Part shown: piece after piece, positions 47,808-58,751 of the stretch | Layout: the number at the start of each line of letters is the position of its first letter | Position numbering within the stretch: the stretch's first letter is position 1 | The notes under the pieces: generated by a model | Seen by the model: only the letters and a program-made list of their open reading frames with translations | Told to the model about the DNA's origin: nothing | Database searches by the model: none | DNA from: Candidatus Aenigmatarchaeota archaeon | GTDB lineage: Archaea > Aenigmatarchaeota > Aenigmatarchaeia > CG10238-14 > SCSR01 | Assembly (NCBI GenBank): GCA_016187415.1 | Contig: JACPJT010000007.1 | Coordinates: 132,821 to 196,820, forward strand | Length of the DNA stretch: 64,000 bases | Direction of reading: 5' to 3' | Translations under genes and position numbers: made by a program

Positions 47808-50090
47808 TTATCCGATGTATGACGGCGTTTCCTTTTCTTCGCCGGTGGCCTGCCTCTTTCTTCTGTCCACGAACTTTTCATAATAGTTTATCACGTCCTT
47901 CGTGATGCTCGGCGACATTCTGGTTAAAACAGTATCGAAATGTTTCATCTTGATCTCCTTCGTTTTCCTGTCCTGCCTCAGCGCCTCCATTGCGGCTTCC
48001 CTGCACAGCGCTTCTATATCGGCACCAGAAAATCCTTCTGTTTTCTTGGCAAGTTCTTTCAGGTCAACATCCTTGAGCGGCATCTTGCTCGTGTGAACTT
48101 TGAAAATCTCCAACCTTGATTTTGCATCTGGCGCAGGAATCAAGACCATCCTGTCGAATCTTCCCGGACGCAATAATGCCGAATCGACTATATCCGGACG
48201 GTTTGTCGCTGCCATTACAACCACGCCTTTCAATTCCTCCAATCCTGACATCTCTGTCAACAACTGCGATACAACCGTCTCTGTCGTCGCGCTTCCTGTG
48301 AACATTCCCCTTTTCGGCGCAATCGCATCAATCTCGTCAAGGAATACTATCGCTGGCGCAACTTGCCTCGCCCTTCTGAACACATCTCTTATCGCGCGTT
48401 CAGATTCGCCGACCCACTTGCTGAAAACTTCAGGACCCTTTATGGAAATGAAATTGGCTCCCGACTCGTTCGCCACTGCCTTCGCCAGCAATGTCTTCCC
48501 GGTTCCTGGCGGACCATATAACAAAATGCCTCTCGGCGGCGTGACGCCCATTTTTTCAAAAGAGTCTGGATATTTCAGCGGCCATTCAACCATCTCTTGC
48601 AATTGCTCCTTGACATCTTCCAACCCGCCGATGTCAGACCACTTTACTTTAGGAATCTCAACCATGACTTCCCTCATTGCAGACGGTTCAACTATGCGCG
48701 ATGCATTTTCGAAATCCTCTTCGGTAACAATAAGCTTCTCTATGATTTCTTTCGGAAGTTCCTCTTCTTCCCTCCATTTGATGTCCGGCAGGATTCTCCT
48801 CAGCGCGGACATTGCTGCTTCCTTGCACACTGCCCATATGTCAGAACCTACGAAACCGTAAGTGACATCGGCCAGATGATTAAGGTCAACATCCTTGAGC
48901 GGCATGTTCCTTGCATGTATCTTAAAAATTTCCAGTCTGCCTTCCCTGTCCGGCACGGGAAATTCAATTTCCCTGTCGAATCTTCCAGCCCTTCTCAACG
49001 CAGGATCGAGGCTGTTGGGCCTGTTCGTAGCTGCGATTACAATCACTTTTCCTCTTTTCTTCAAGCCGTCCATCTGCGTCAATAAAGTTGATACGACCCT
49101 TCTCTCGACTTCGCCTGTCACTTCTTCCCTCTTCGGAGCTATCGCGTCAATCTCGTCAATGAAAATAATTGCAGGGGCATTCTTCTCGGCTTCATCAAAA
49201 ATTCTTTTTATGTTCTGTTCCGATTCTCCGTACCATTTTGACATTACTTCAGGTGCACTTATCGAAATAAAGTATGCTCCCGACTCGTTCGCCACAGCCT
49301 TCGCCAGCAATGTCTTCCCGGTTCCAGGCGGACCATATAACAACACTCCTTTAGGCGGTTCGATCCCCAGTCTCTCAAATAATTCAGGGTGCCTCAAAGG
49401 AAGCTCGATCATTTCCCTGACCTTGTGAATGATTTCCCGGATGCCGCCGACATCTTCGTATGTGACAGTCGGCACGGCTCTTTCTTCCAGTTTCATTGAT
49501 TCCGGAAGCGTCGGCAGGATTTCAACGTCTGTTATTTCGCCGATCCTGACAACACCGGCTGGAGTGGTATTGACAACAACAAATTTCGTGTCTCCAGAGA
49601 ACGGCGTGAACGGGAAGAAATCGTCGAATTCCATGTCGAAAAACTGCTCGAACAATCCCGAGCTCCTTCTCTTGATGACCGGCGACGGGACAATGATGTC
49701 GCCTCTCACCATCGGGCGCATAAAAATATTCTGTTTTATAAGATTCGGCGATATGTGGATCATTATTCCTTTTTGCGCTGGCGCAAGCGTTACGTTCTTC
49801 GCTTCCTTGACTTCTGCCTTCCTTAATTTCACGTACTCGCCGACACCGCTGCCAGCGTTCCTTCTTGTTATTCCGTCCATGCGGATGATGTTCAGCCCGA
49901 CATCTGCGGGATAAGCGCGAACGGCGATCGCTGCAGTTATTTTCGACCCCTCGATTTCCAGCACGTCGCCTTCCTTTATCATAAGCTTGCCCATTGTGTT
50001 GGAATCTATCCTGACGATTCCCCTGCCGGCCTCTTCCCTTGCCGTCAGTTCGCCCACTTTCAGCCTGACTTCGTTTGATTGCTCAGTCAT
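47808..50090 (-). CDS. cdc48: CDC48/VCP AAA+ ATPase
   Basis: N-domain plus two AAA modules ([12 protein letters not shown], RxGRFDR). Confidence 0.97.
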   Translation of the reverse strand: MTEQSNEVRLKVGELTAREEAGRGIVRIDSNTMGKLMIKEGDVLEIEGSKITAAIAVRAYPADVGLNIIRMDGITRRNAGSGVGEYVKLRKAEVKEAKNVTLAPAQKGIMIHISPNLIKQNIFMRPMVRGDIIVPSPVIKRRSSGLFEQFFDMEFDDFFPFTPFSGDTKFVVVNTTPAGVVRIGEITDVEILPTLPESMKLEERAVPTVTYEDVGGIREIIHKVREMIELPLRHPELFERLGIEPPKGVLLYGPPGTGKTLLAKAVANESGAYFISISAPEVMSKWYGESEQNIKRIFDEAEKNAPAIIFIDEIDAIAPKREEVTGEVERRVVSTLLTQMDGLKKRGKVIVIAATNRPNSLDPALRRAGRFDREIEFPVPDREGRLEIFKIHARNMPLKDVDLNHLADVTYGFVGSDIWAVCKEAAMSALRRILPDIKWREEEELPKEIIEKLIVTEEDFENASRIVEPSAMREVMVEIPKVKWSDIGGLEDVKEQLQEMVEWPLKYPDSFEKMGVTPPRGILLYGPPGTGKTLLAKAVANESGANFISIKGPEVFSKWVGESERAIRDVFRRARQVAPAIVFLDEIDAIAPKRGMFTGSATTETVVSQLLTEMSGLEELKGVVVMAATNRPDIVDSALLRPGRFDRMVLIPAPDAKSRLEIFKVHTSKMPLKDVDLKELAKKTEGFSGADIEALCREAAMEALRQDRKTKEIKMKHFDTVLTRMSPSITKDVINYYEKFVDRRKRQATGEEKETPSYIG

Positions 50091-50440
50091 TCGTCATCAT
50101 CCTCGAATTCTTGCTCGAACTCATCAAAGATATCTTTTGTCTCCCTGTCCAATAAAACCTTGAATGTCTTCCACATAACCTTATTATGCCATTCGTCAAA
50201 GAAATCCGTTATCTCGGCGAAATTGTTCTCAGGGACTATGAACGAGGACTGGTCCACCTTCATGTGTGGCATGTCGTCCAGGACGCCCTCGCGGCGGTAC
50301 GTGTATTCCTTGTCGCCTTTGGGCACGGTCTGCGTCCAGCCGTAAAGCGACTTGAAAAACTTTGTCCTCTCGCCGTTGCTCACAAAATTCTCTGTCTTTA
50401 CAGAGAAAGATATCAGTATGCCTCTTCTCTCTCTTGACAT
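50087..50440 (-). CDS. Hypothetical protein translationally coupled to cdc48
   Basis: ATGA overlap with cdc48; acidic tail. Confidence 0.75.
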   Translation of the reverse strand: MSRERRGILISFSVKTENFVSNGERTKFFKSLYGWTQTVPKGDKEYTYRREGVLDDMPHMKVDQSSFIVPENNFAEITDFFDEWHNKVMWKTFKVLLDRETKDIFDEFEQEFEDDDE

Positions 50441-50554
50441 AGTTAGTGTATAGATGTTCTAAACTATTTAAATTTAACGGTCGGGGGGTTCTGTCGCAGA
50501 ATCGGTTGGTTTTTAAGATTTTTCATTTTTGTCACATGCTCGGTTGCTATTTTC

Positions 50555-50752
50555 TTACCACTTCATCTTGTATTTTTGAACCCAATACCAAAAGATGACT
50601 GCTATCGGTATAACTGTAATATTAATCACCAGAATGACAAACCGTATCGTCAGTTCTTCTGGATTTTTCCATAAATGATAAAATACAATAGCATCTGTAA
50701 TAGACACTACAACAGCAACAACTATGAGCATTCTTTTTGCTAAACTTATCAT
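50555..50752 (-). CDS. Small 2-TM membrane protein
   Basis: Two hydrophobic segments. Confidence 0.55.
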   Translation of the reverse strand: MISLAKRMLIVVAVVVSITDAIVFYHLWKNPEELTIRFVILVINITVIPIAVIFWYWVQKYKMKW

Positions 50753-50958
50753 ACTTTATTCTCCAAACTCTGTCTCAATAATGATAACCATTGATTTCTA
50801 TCCAAATTTAAATCTATCCTTGCTACTTGGCTTGGCGTCATTCCGTTCAAAGCTTGATGAGGACGGATTAAATTGTACCAAGTGTTGAATCCTTCCGATA
50901 GCATTTGTGCAGTATGATACACCTTGAATACTTTTCTTGTCTTATCTATACCTATCAT
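50749..50958 (-). pseudogene. DDE transposase C-terminal remnant
   Basis: WYNLIRPHQALNGMTPSQVA integrase-core tail; no intact upstream frame. Confidence 0.75.
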
Positions 50959-51332
50959 ACGTTTTTAATTTCTTTTTTAAAGATATTCTCTTTCTAACTT
51001 TTGTTTCTGGCTTTTCACAATTGACCACTTCAAGTATAATAATTTACTTTGCTGCCAACTATTTCTTCTTAATCCAGTCGCTTAAAGTTTCTTCTGCAAC
51101 CATGTAAATTATTGTCAATTGTACTATGCCTTCGACTTGCCCGTGCACGACTTTACATGCCGCTTGTAGAGCCTCCTCGATTTCCTCATGTGGCATTTGG
51201 GGCAATTGTGTTTCAATTCAATCACTTACAGAAGAATTAGTTTCCAGTACCTGCAAACCAGTAGAAAATAATTTTGCTGTACAATTCCTTTTTATTAGGA
51301 GGATAAATAGGCACGAATATCCGCCGGGTGCG

Positions 51333-51899
51333 TCATTTCGAAATTTTCAAAACAGCCTCAAGGGCGGAAGGAAGCTCCAGAATTTCATCGAAATGACCCT
51401 TCTTGTGCTCCACTATTATTTCCGACCCGAGCCTTTTGCGGAAATCATCCTGGTTGTCCAGCGGCACAAACGGATCATTGTCGGAAAATATCGCGACACT
51501 CTTGTTCAAATGCACCCTGACAAGGTCAAGATCGATCGGCGTCCCCAGCCAATGGTTGTCAATCGCATGGTCTTCTTCCGTTTCTATTCCCGTGAGCCGC
51601 TTGAAGAAGCCGCCGACAAACACGGCGCCGCCGATTTTCACATTAGCCGGCTGCGATTCCAAAAACCTGGCGATCGCTTGGCATCCCATGCTGTGGCCGA
51701 TCAAGTAAGTTTGTTCGTTTGGGGATGCAACGGCTTTCTTGAGCGCCGCCACCCACCTGTTTATCTGGGGCATTTCAGGCAGCGGCAATTGAGGGACCTG
51801 GACAACAAAACCAGCCCTCTGAAGATTGCGTTTCAGCCAAGGGAACCACGCATTATTCGGGTTTCCGCCCCACCCATGGATTAGAAATGCCATTTTCAT
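51333..51899 (-). CDS. RBBP9/YdeN-family alpha/beta hydrolase
   Basis: IHGWGG, WFPWL, GHSMG, SDNDPFV, GHF. Confidence 0.92.
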   Translation of the reverse strand: MKMAFLIHGWGGNPNNAWFPWLKRNLQRAGFVVQVPQLPLPEMPQINRWVAALKKAVASPNEQTYLIGHSMGCQAIARFLESQPANVKIGGAVFVGGFFKRLTGIETEEDHAIDNHWLGTPIDLDLVRVHLNKSVAIFSDNDPFVPLDNQDDFRKRLGSEIIVEHKKGHFDEILELPSALEAVLKISK

Positions 51900-51943
51900 G
51901 AATTAACCTCCGCTTTGTCGAAACTTAAATCTAACAACAGGAT

Positions 51944-52744
51944 TCAGATCTTATCAATCCACTTGAGAAATATCCGTTTTATTTCCATTATTGGTTCCTG
52001 AGTATTAAGCTCGTGTGCCGCGTTTTTTATAACATGCAGTTCCTTTTTCCCCGGCAATTTGTCATAAAGTAATTTTTGGTGCTTATACGGAGTGCTGCCG
52101 TCCTTTTCACCGACAATTAGTAGAACCGGCATTGTTAGATTATTCACTTCAGGCAAGACATCATACTTAAGCCTGTCCACCATATGGGACCATGGGAGTC
52201 TCTTTATTCTTCCCGGATGCGAAATACTTTTCTCTTCGCGCCATCCTGATTTTTCCCACTCGCGCAATGTCTTGCTATGCTTAGGCGCTTCAGCGCTTAA
52301 TCTGCCCGATACTACGGTAGATATCGGAGCGAGTCCTTTGATTTCTTCCGGATGCTTTTCCGCATAAAGAATTATTGAAATACCGCCCAAACTATGCCCC
52401 ACCAAGCAGAACGGTTCAACATACCAAGATTGAGTTTTAGCCCAAACAATGACATCTTCCAAGTCCTCGTAGTAATTGGTAACAGTGGCGTCTTCATATC
52501 TCCCATCGCTCTCCCCGAAGGTGTTTGTTGTATCGAATCTGACAACGGTGTATCCGCTTTCCTTGAACGCCTCCGCAAAAATGGCAACATGAGGCTGTTC
52601 CTTGGAGCCGCCCAATCCATGCATAACAATAGCCAGCCCTTCGGGATTTTGCGGTTTGTCAACAAGTACAGAAATGTTTTGTCCTTTCCTATTCTTGATT
52701 ATTATGGACTGCGTTTTTTTATACTGAGATTTTTCAACCGGCAT
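51944..52744 (-). CDS. Alpha/beta hydrolase
   Basis: HGLGG, GHSLGG, GEKD, AAH. Confidence 0.9.
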   Translation of the reverse strand: MPVEKSQYKKTQSIIIKNRKGQNISVLVDKPQNPEGLAIVMHGLGGSKEQPHVAIFAEAFKESGYTVVRFDTTNTFGESDGRYEDATVTNYYEDLEDVIVWAKTQSWYVEPFCLVGHSLGGISIILYAEKHPEEIKGLAPISTVVSGRLSAEAPKHSKTLREWEKSGWREEKSISHPGRIKRLPWSHMVDRLKYDVLPEVNNLTMPVLLIVGEKDGSTPYKHQKLLYDKLPGKKELHVIKNAAHELNTQEPIMEIKRIFLKWIDKI

Positions 52745-52887
52745 TATTCCCTATTGCTAATTTGTCAGACACTTTTAATAAACTCAATCAATCTTTCCTC
52801 TGTAAATTATTTTTGTAAAATATTTTTAATCGTGAGTTCTTCAAAAAAATACAAAAATTTAAATATTTCAAAAACAATTTATTTTTA

Positions 52888-53037
52888 ATGAATCCAATGG
52901 ATATATTTTTCGCAATAGTGCAGGGAATAGTCGCGCTGCTTCTGCTTTTGAGAATATCGGGTTTGCCGGATTTTCTTGTGTATTTCTTCGCGGTCACACT
53001 CGTTCTCTCAGGGACAATAGATTTGTTCACAGGTTAG
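52888..53037 (+). CDS. Small 2-TM membrane protein (49 aa, not in ORF track)
   Basis: MNPMDIFFAIVQGIVALLLLL...; TTTAAATA upstream. Confidence 0.55.
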   Translation: MNPMDIFFAIVQGIVALLLLLRISGLPDFLVYFFAVTLVLSGTIDLFTG

Positions 53038-53086
53038 TAAATCAACCGATTTCTTTTGGTGTGAAATAAAAAAAGCAATTCTCCGG

Positions 53087-55156
53087 CTATTTTTTCTTTC
53101 CCCATGAAGCTTTCGTCGTGCAATTCGGGTCAATGCACATCCTGAACGGTCTTCTCGCTCTCCTTATTACTTGAATCATCGGAGTTCCGCATTCCTTGCA
53201 TGTTCTGCCGATGGATTGTATTTTCGCAATTCTTGGCAGGGGATAAAGGTTCGTGCATTTCGGGTATCCGTCGCATCCGACAAACTGGCCTCCGGTTTTC
53301 GATCTCATGATCCGCAATTCATTTCCGCACTTCGGGCATATACCCAGCCTGCTGGCCTCTTTTTTGGCTTCAGTAAACCCTTCCAACAGTTTTTTCCCAA
53401 TTTCCTTTTCATTTTTTCTGAAGTCTTCCAGTATTTCGGCAAGGACAGTCTTGGCCTCGTCAACAATATCCTCTCTTTTCTTCCCACTCTTGTATACCAG
53501 TTCCATTTCATCCTCAAAGTGTCTTGTCAGTTCTTCGCTGACAATCTTCGGCGAGTATTCCTCCAACGTCCGCACAACGGCTTCGCCTAATTTCGTCACA
53601 TTGATAGATTTTCCAGTTACATAGCCCCTGTCGTACAGAGTCTGCAGTATGTCTGCGCGAGTTGCCTTTGTCCCGAGATCCCTTTTTTCCAACTCTTTTA
53701 ATATGGAACCCTGCGAGTATCTCCCGGGCGGTTGCGTTTCCTTGGACAGCATGTCAAGCCTGTCAACCTTCAGCGCCTGCCCGATTTTCAAATCCGGCAA
53801 AATAATTTCGTCCCTTGACAGGTAGGGCGCGTAAATTTCTGTCCATCCCGGTTCCAAAGTCTTCTTTCCGACAAGAAGGAACCTGTTTCCATTTACATCA
53901 AGCGCGACTGTATTCGTTTCACGGACCGCCGCTTCGGCGAATGTGGCAAGAGTTCTCCTTGCAATAAGATCGTATATTTTCTTCTGTTGCGGATTCAGCT
54001 TGCCCGTGTCAGGCGTTTCATGAGTTACATACACCGCCGGATGCGCGGGATCGCTGCGTGCGCCTTCAACGGGTCTGGGATCTCCTTTTTTCAAAATATT
54101 TTCAACAAATTTCTTGTAAGGAGCCAGTTTACCAATCGCCTTCAATATTTTGCTGTAGCCTATGCTCGGAGGCAACTTTTGCGATGAAGAGCGCGGATAT
54201 GACACGTATCCCGCTTGGTAAAGCCCTTCAACAATGCTCAAGGTCTGCGTCGGCGAGAAACCGAAGTTCGCGTAAGCTTCCGACTGTAAGTCCGTTGTAT
54301 TGAATGGCACTGGCGGATTTTGCTGGTATTGTTTCTTTTTGATATCCTTTACCGTTGCATCCTTGCCTTTGCAGTCGGAAAAAATCCTGTCGGCATCATC
54401 CTTTTCCCAGATTTTATCCTGTTCGAAAGCAGCAACCAATTCTTCACCATCAACTTTCACATGCAGCTCGAGCTGCCAGAATGGCGTCGGCTTGAAAGAT
54501 ATTATTTCAAGCTCTCTCTGCATCAGAATTTCCAAGGTGGGGCCCTGCACCCTGCCGGTGGACAGCACGTTGAACCCTGTGCTTGCGGATTTCAGGGCGA
54601 GCGTGAGCGCTCTTGTCAGATTTATGCCGTACAGCCAGTCAAGCTCGTGCCTTGTCAATCCCGCCTCCAGCATCGGGAACATGATATGACTCTCAATGTT
54701 CTTGTAAGATTCTATCAGCTCGTCTTTTGTCAATGTGGAGAACTTCATTCTTTTCGCGTCTTCCACGCCGCATAAAAATCTCAGGATATTGAACAGCAAT
54801 ACCTCCCCCTCGTTGTCAACGTCGGCGGCATCTATGAAATCGGCCGCGCCCTTCGCCAATTTTTCTATGTTCTTCAGGTATTTCTCTGTCCATTCGGTCC
54901 CCTTTCTCGTGTAAGTAGGAACCCAGCCGTAATCGAATACGGGATAGCTCCAGCCTTTGCTGTTTTCAGTTTTTTTTACATCCAGAACAAAAAGGTGGCC
55001 GACAGCAGGCACGCAGATGTGCGGCTTGCCGTTCACAGTGAATTCATAGTAACTGACGCCATAATTTTCATGGTGCACCGGTTTCCTGTCGGCAATCGAT
55101 TCGGATATGCGCCTCGCCGCATCTGGCTTTTCAACGATTATCAAAGTGTAGGACAT
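53087..55156 (-). CDS. topA: DNA topoisomerase I (type IA)
   Basis: IVEKP Toprim, STGRVQGPTL, VSYPRS catalytic Tyr, C-terminal Zn ribbons. Confidence 0.96.
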   Translation of the reverse strand: MSYTLIIVEKPDAARRISESIADRKPVHHENYGVSYYEFTVNGKPHICVPAVGHLFVLDVKKTENSKGWSYPVFDYGWVPTYTRKGTEWTEKYLKNIEKLAKGAADFIDAADVDNEGEVLLFNILRFLCGVEDAKRMKFSTLTKDELIESYKNIESHIMFPMLEAGLTRHELDWLYGINLTRALTLALKSASTGFNVLSTGRVQGPTLEILMQRELEIISFKPTPFWQLELHVKVDGEELVAAFEQDKIWEKDDADRIFSDCKGKDATVKDIKKKQYQQNPPVPFNTTDLQSEAYANFGFSPTQTLSIVEGLYQAGYVSYPRSSSQKLPPSIGYSKILKAIGKLAPYKKFVENILKKGDPRPVEGARSDPAHPAVYVTHETPDTGKLNPQQKKIYDLIARRTLATFAEAAVRETNTVALDVNGNRFLLVGKKTLEPGWTEIYAPYLSRDEIILPDLKIGQALKVDRLDMLSKETQPPGRYSQGSILKELEKRDLGTKATRADILQTLYDRGYVTGKSINVTKLGEAVVRTLEEYSPKIVSEELTRHFEDEMELVYKSGKKREDIVDEAKTVLAEILEDFRKNEKEIGKKLLEGFTEAKKEASRLGICPKCGNELRIMRSKTGGQFVGCDGYPKCTNLYPLPRIAKIQSIGRTCKECGTPMIQVIRRARRPFRMCIDPNCTTKASWGKKK

Positions 55157-55184
55157 TAAATCAAATATGCGCTCAAAAACTTAT

Positions 55185-55730
55185 TTACTCCACGACTATG
55201 GGTACATTTTTCGGAATCTTTTCCAGCATGGTTTCCAAGGCAGCCATCCGCGATTCGAGAAATACAAGCCTGTTTATTATTTCTGTAAACTGGTTGGAAT
55301 CATTCGCCGCTTCTGCTGAAGCCATTTCGATCTGAAGCTCCTTTACAATTTCTATCAGCTCTTCCACCCTGCCGTCGTCCTTTGTAGAGTTTAAAGAATC
55401 GATTTCACTCTGGAGCAGGTCGAACTTCCGCTTTATGTTGGACAGCCCGACCCTTGACAGATTGCTTTCCATTCCCATCAAATTTCCCTGCAAAACAGAA
55501 ACGTCATTCTCCAAAGAAGCTATCCTGTTTTCCACAGCGCCGAATCTCCTCTCAAGGCGTCCGGCAATATCTTTGAATTCATCGAATTCCTTTGATGCGG
55601 AAAATTTTTCATCACGTTTTACATCCAAGTTTTTTTCCTCGACTAATGCCATAAGAAGTTTTTTTATATCGGAAATATCCTTGGTTACGTTCTCCGCCTG
55701 ATGGGGTTCTTGTTCTGCCATGCGAATCAA
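55185..55730 (-). CDS. Coiled-coil protein, paralog of the upstream gene's C-terminus
   Basis: Shares SLEND.SVLQG and INR.VFLE.R..ALE...PI..E with 55735-57516. Confidence 0.75.
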   Translation of the reverse strand: MIRMAEQEPHQAENVTKDISDIKKLLMALVEEKNLDVKRDEKFSASKEFDEFKDIAGRLERRFGAVENRIASLENDVSVLQGNLMGMESNLSRVGLSNIKRKFDLLQSEIDSLNSTKDDGRVEELIEIVKELQIEMASAEAANDSNQFTEIINRLVFLESRMAALETMLEKIPKNVPIVVE

Positions 55731-55734
55731 AATC

Positions 55735-57516
55735 TCATTCCAGTATTATCGGCTGCGATTTCTCTTCCGATAGAGTGCTCTCCAAAGCCGTGAGCCTTGT
55801 TTCTAAAAATACTATCCTGTTGATCAGCTCGTCCATCAATGATGTGGATGATGTTGACACACGGCCTTCCAAGTCATTAATCCTGTCGATAATCTGCGCC
55901 ATTCTACCTTCCTGTTCGGATGCCTTGTCACCAATGTCACTTTCCAATGAGTCGACCTTCTCAGCTATCTGGTTCATGCTGCTGATTGTCGATTTTGATG
56001 TCCTGTTCTCCAAGGCCATAACAGATCCCTGCAAAACAGACAGGTCGTTTTCCAACGACTTGATTATATTCTCATTGCTCCCAATCTTCCTGTCGAATGA
56101 CGAAGCAATCTCATGCATGCCTTCGATATTTTTCTCCACGCCTTCAAGCTTCTCCTCAAATTCCGCGTTCCTGTCCTCCGAAAATCTGCCTTCAACCTCC
56201 CTTTTGAGGTTTTCAAATCTTTTGTCCATGTCATCGACCAGCTTCTTGTAGTCGGTTTTCCATTTCAACGTCAGTATGTCCTCTTTGGACTTGTCAAACT
56301 CGTCGATGAACGTTTTCATTTCCGCAAGTTTGTTTTCAACATCCCTGAATCTCGACAGAACCTGATCCAATTCTTTAAACGGCTCGTTGCCCTGCTTTAT
56401 TGTTTCTGCGGCGGCCAAGACAGATCGGAATTCGGATAATTTTTCATCAATTGTCTTCTCAACATCGCCCAAGCCCTCAAAACTTTCAACTTTGTTGTTG
56501 ACCCTGTTGATCAGCGGCCTTATCCCGTTGATTTCTTTCGCCAATTCCTTGGCAAACGAGTCAATCGCATCCAATTTCGAAGTGTTGACAAGCGAATCGT
56601 TTCTGACGTTTTCCAGCTCCTTCAACAGCTTTGTCTGCATCTGCGAGTTCGCCTTTTCACCGACCTCCTGCTTTACCCTTTCGACTTCGCGCTTGTAATT
56701 CTCAATGTCAAATTTGATTGTCGATATGGAATCTTCCAGCCTTCTCTTGAACGAGTCGAAGTTCGGGAATTCGGGAATAAGTGGCAGTATGTAACTTTTA
56801 ACATCGTTCTTCAGTTGTTCTATGTCTATGCCCTCGGCAAGCCTGCTCTGCATGTTTGTTATTGCCGCATTCAATTCGTTCAACTTGTTCTGGAATTCTT
56901 CTTTTGAAGATTGTAGAGAACTTTCCAATTCTTTGATGCCTGGCATTTCTGCTGTCAGCGATTCCTTTATTCTAGACTCAAATTCAGTCATATCAGGAAT
57001 AGTCAGTATCTTCTGCTCAAGAGAATTAATTTTCTCATCCACGCCAGTGGGAATTTCTGCTGTCAGCGATTCCTTTATTCTAGACTCAAATTCAGTCATA
57101 TCAGGAATAGTCAGTATCTTCTGCTCAAGAGAATTAATTTTTTCCTGAAGCTCCGGAGGAATCTTAACCTCTTCTGCTTTCGGCTGGATTCCTTCCAGCA
57201 TTTTTTTCAGTTCCAAGATCCCCGCATTCTCGACCATCGTGAGGTCTTCAATGTCATCTACCCTTTGTTTCAGCTCATCCAGACTTTTGACGTCTATTTT
57301 CTGCACGGTTTCCTGGATTTCAGAAATAGCTATATCCAGTTCAGCCATCTTTTTCTGCGAGAAAGCAAGATCCCTTCTGAATGAACTGCTGTCGGTTTTA
57401 GATATTTTCTTCTTCTCTTCATGGTGTTCTCTTTCAGCCTTCGGTTCGGTCTCAGGCAAGACTTCCCCAACAACCACATCATCTTGAGCGTTACCGCTAT
57501 TCTCGTTTTCTGCCAT
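55735..57516 (-). CDS. Long acidic coiled-coil protein with a recent internal duplication
   Basis: Heptad repeats; 30-aa segment present twice. Confidence 0.8.
   Translation of the reverse strand: MAENENSGNAQDDVVVGEVLPETEPKAEREHHEEKKKISKTDSSSFRRDLAFSQKKMAELDIAISEIQETVQKIDVKSLDELKQRVDDIEDLTMVENAGILELKKMLEGIQPKAEEVKIPPELQEKINSLEQKILTIPDMTEFESRIKESLTAEIPTGVDEKINSLEQKILTIPDMTEFESRIKESLTAEMPGIKELESSLQSSKEEFQNKLNELNAAITNMQSRLAEGIDIEQLKNDVKSYILPLIPEFPNFDSFKRRLEDSISTIKFDIENYKREVERVKQEVGEKANSQMQTKLLKELENVRNDSLVNTSKLDAIDSFAKELAKEINGIRPLINRVNNKVESFEGLGDVEKTIDEKLSEFRSVLAAAETIKQGNEPFKELDQVLSRFRDVENKLAEMKTFIDEFDKSKEDILTLKWKTDYKKLVDDMDKRFENLKREVEGRFSEDRNAEFEEKLEGVEKNIEGMHEIASSFDRKIGSNENIIKSLENDLSVLQGSVMALENRTSKSTISSMNQIAEKVDSLESDIGDKASEQEGRMAQIIDRINDLEGRVSTSSTSLMDELINRIVFLETRLTALESTLSEEKSQPIILE
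56945..57141. repeat. Intragenic direct repeat, 89 bp identical, 108-bp period
   Basis: 56945-57033 is identical to 57053-57141. Confidence 0.9.
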
Positions 57517-57534
57517 CTTCTACCTAGGACTTAA

Positions 57535-58077
57535 TTAGCTTTTCCCAAAGTTATGCTTTTCTATGTTAAGCCAGAGCAGCCAGATGCCGACTATGGCCAG
57601 TATAAGTCCCTCGCGCCAGAGAACAGTGTGGACAATATCAAAAAGATTGAAGCCGAACCTGGTTGAGATTAAGATGGTAGTTGTTATGCGGAGATAATTC
57701 AACACGAACACAATACCAATGCCAATCAGCCCGGCTTTCAGCCTTCTGGACAGCCGCGAGATAGGCGTTGCTAGGATCAGCGCGAATATCGCATACATGC
57801 TTTTCCACCCTGTGGAATCCCAAGATATGTCTATTTTTTGGTTTGCGCCGCCACCAGACAGGTTAATCGTGAAATAATTTGATGATGCGTCATACCCGAG
57901 CGCCTTGATAGACGCCGCAGAAATTTTTGCGTCGAATACCTGCAGAGGCTCGAATGAAAAATTAGTGTACAATGAAATGTAAAGCGGTATCGCAAGCAGG
58001 TTGAATACAATGAAAAAAGTTATAACCGGCTTTAGTTTCTCAACTACTCCTTTCTTTTTCTGTAACCGTTTAGCCAT
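57535..58077 (-). CDS. Archaeosortase/exosortase-family membrane protein
   Basis: ISWDSTGWKS (Ser at the usual Cys position), LNYLRI, FDIVH. Confidence 0.75.
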   Translation of the reverse strand: MAKRLQKKKGVVEKLKPVITFFIVFNLLAIPLYISLYTNFSFEPLQVFDAKISAASIKALGYDASSNYFTINLSGGGANQKIDISWDSTGWKSMYAIFALILATPISRLSRRLKAGLIGIGIVFVLNYLRITTTILISTRFGFNLFDIVHTVLWREGLILAIVGIWLLWLNIEKHNFGKS

Positions 58078-58081
58078 TCAA

Positions 58082-58747
58082 TCAATCCAAACTATACCTG
58101 CTTGTTAAGAGTTTTTTTATCTTGCGTGCCAGATTCTTCCCAACGCCCTTGACTTTTGATAATTCGTTTTCTGACGCTTTGATTACATTCTCCACACTGC
58201 CCAAATTCCCCAGAAGCCTCTTTGCCAATACACCGGATATTCCTGGAATGCTGGACAAGACAAATTCCTGCAGACGTTTCATTTCCTTCGGCTTCTTTCC
58301 TTGCTTGAATCCCAAATTACCGTTGGACTCTTCCTGCTCCTTCTTTGCAATCCAGTATATCATATTCGCAGTGTCGTATGGATTCTTTGTATTCACAAAC
58401 GACACATTAAATTTAGTTATCAGGCTTCCGATGATTGCTTTCAGTGCATTGTCGTTTATATCGCGATTGGAAAATCCCTCCACAACTATGACGGGTTTGC
58501 CGTAATTTTCTTTCATGTATTTTGACTGTTCGAATATCCTGCCGTCTATGAGCGAAGAAACAAAGTCGCCATGCGTTTTCCTTTCTATGACAACGCCATT
58601 CTCAGAACAAACAAAATCGCCAACCTTGAGACTCATTTCGTTCACAGTGGCGCCCAATGTTTTCAAGTTTTCTATCACTTCCTTTTCTCTGTAATCAGCT
58701 ATTATTACAACGCCATTCGCAGGTTTCAGAATTCTTTGTGTGTCCAT
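58082..58747 (-). CDS. ERCC4/XPF nuclease with HhH (Hef C-terminal half)
   Basis: DYRE, VGDF, IERKT..DF; two HhH motifs. Confidence 0.92.
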   Translation of the reverse strand: MDTQRILKPANGVVIIADYREKEVIENLKTLGATVNEMSLKVGDFVCSENGVVIERKTHGDFVSSLIDGRIFEQSKYMKENYGKPVIVVEGFSNRDINDNALKAIIGSLITKFNVSFVNTKNPYDTANMIYWIAKKEQEESNGNLGFKQGKKPKEMKRLQEFVLSSIPGISGVLAKRLLGNLGSVENVIKASENELSKVKGVGKNLARKIKKLLTSRYSLD

Positions 58748-58751
58748 GATT

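Noticed and set aside
45690-47830. Shared Y-I-x C-termini (51-aa ORF TYIQ; CDC48 SYIG) as a proteasome-docking signal
   Set aside because: Does not match the HbYX register, and two cases are too few.
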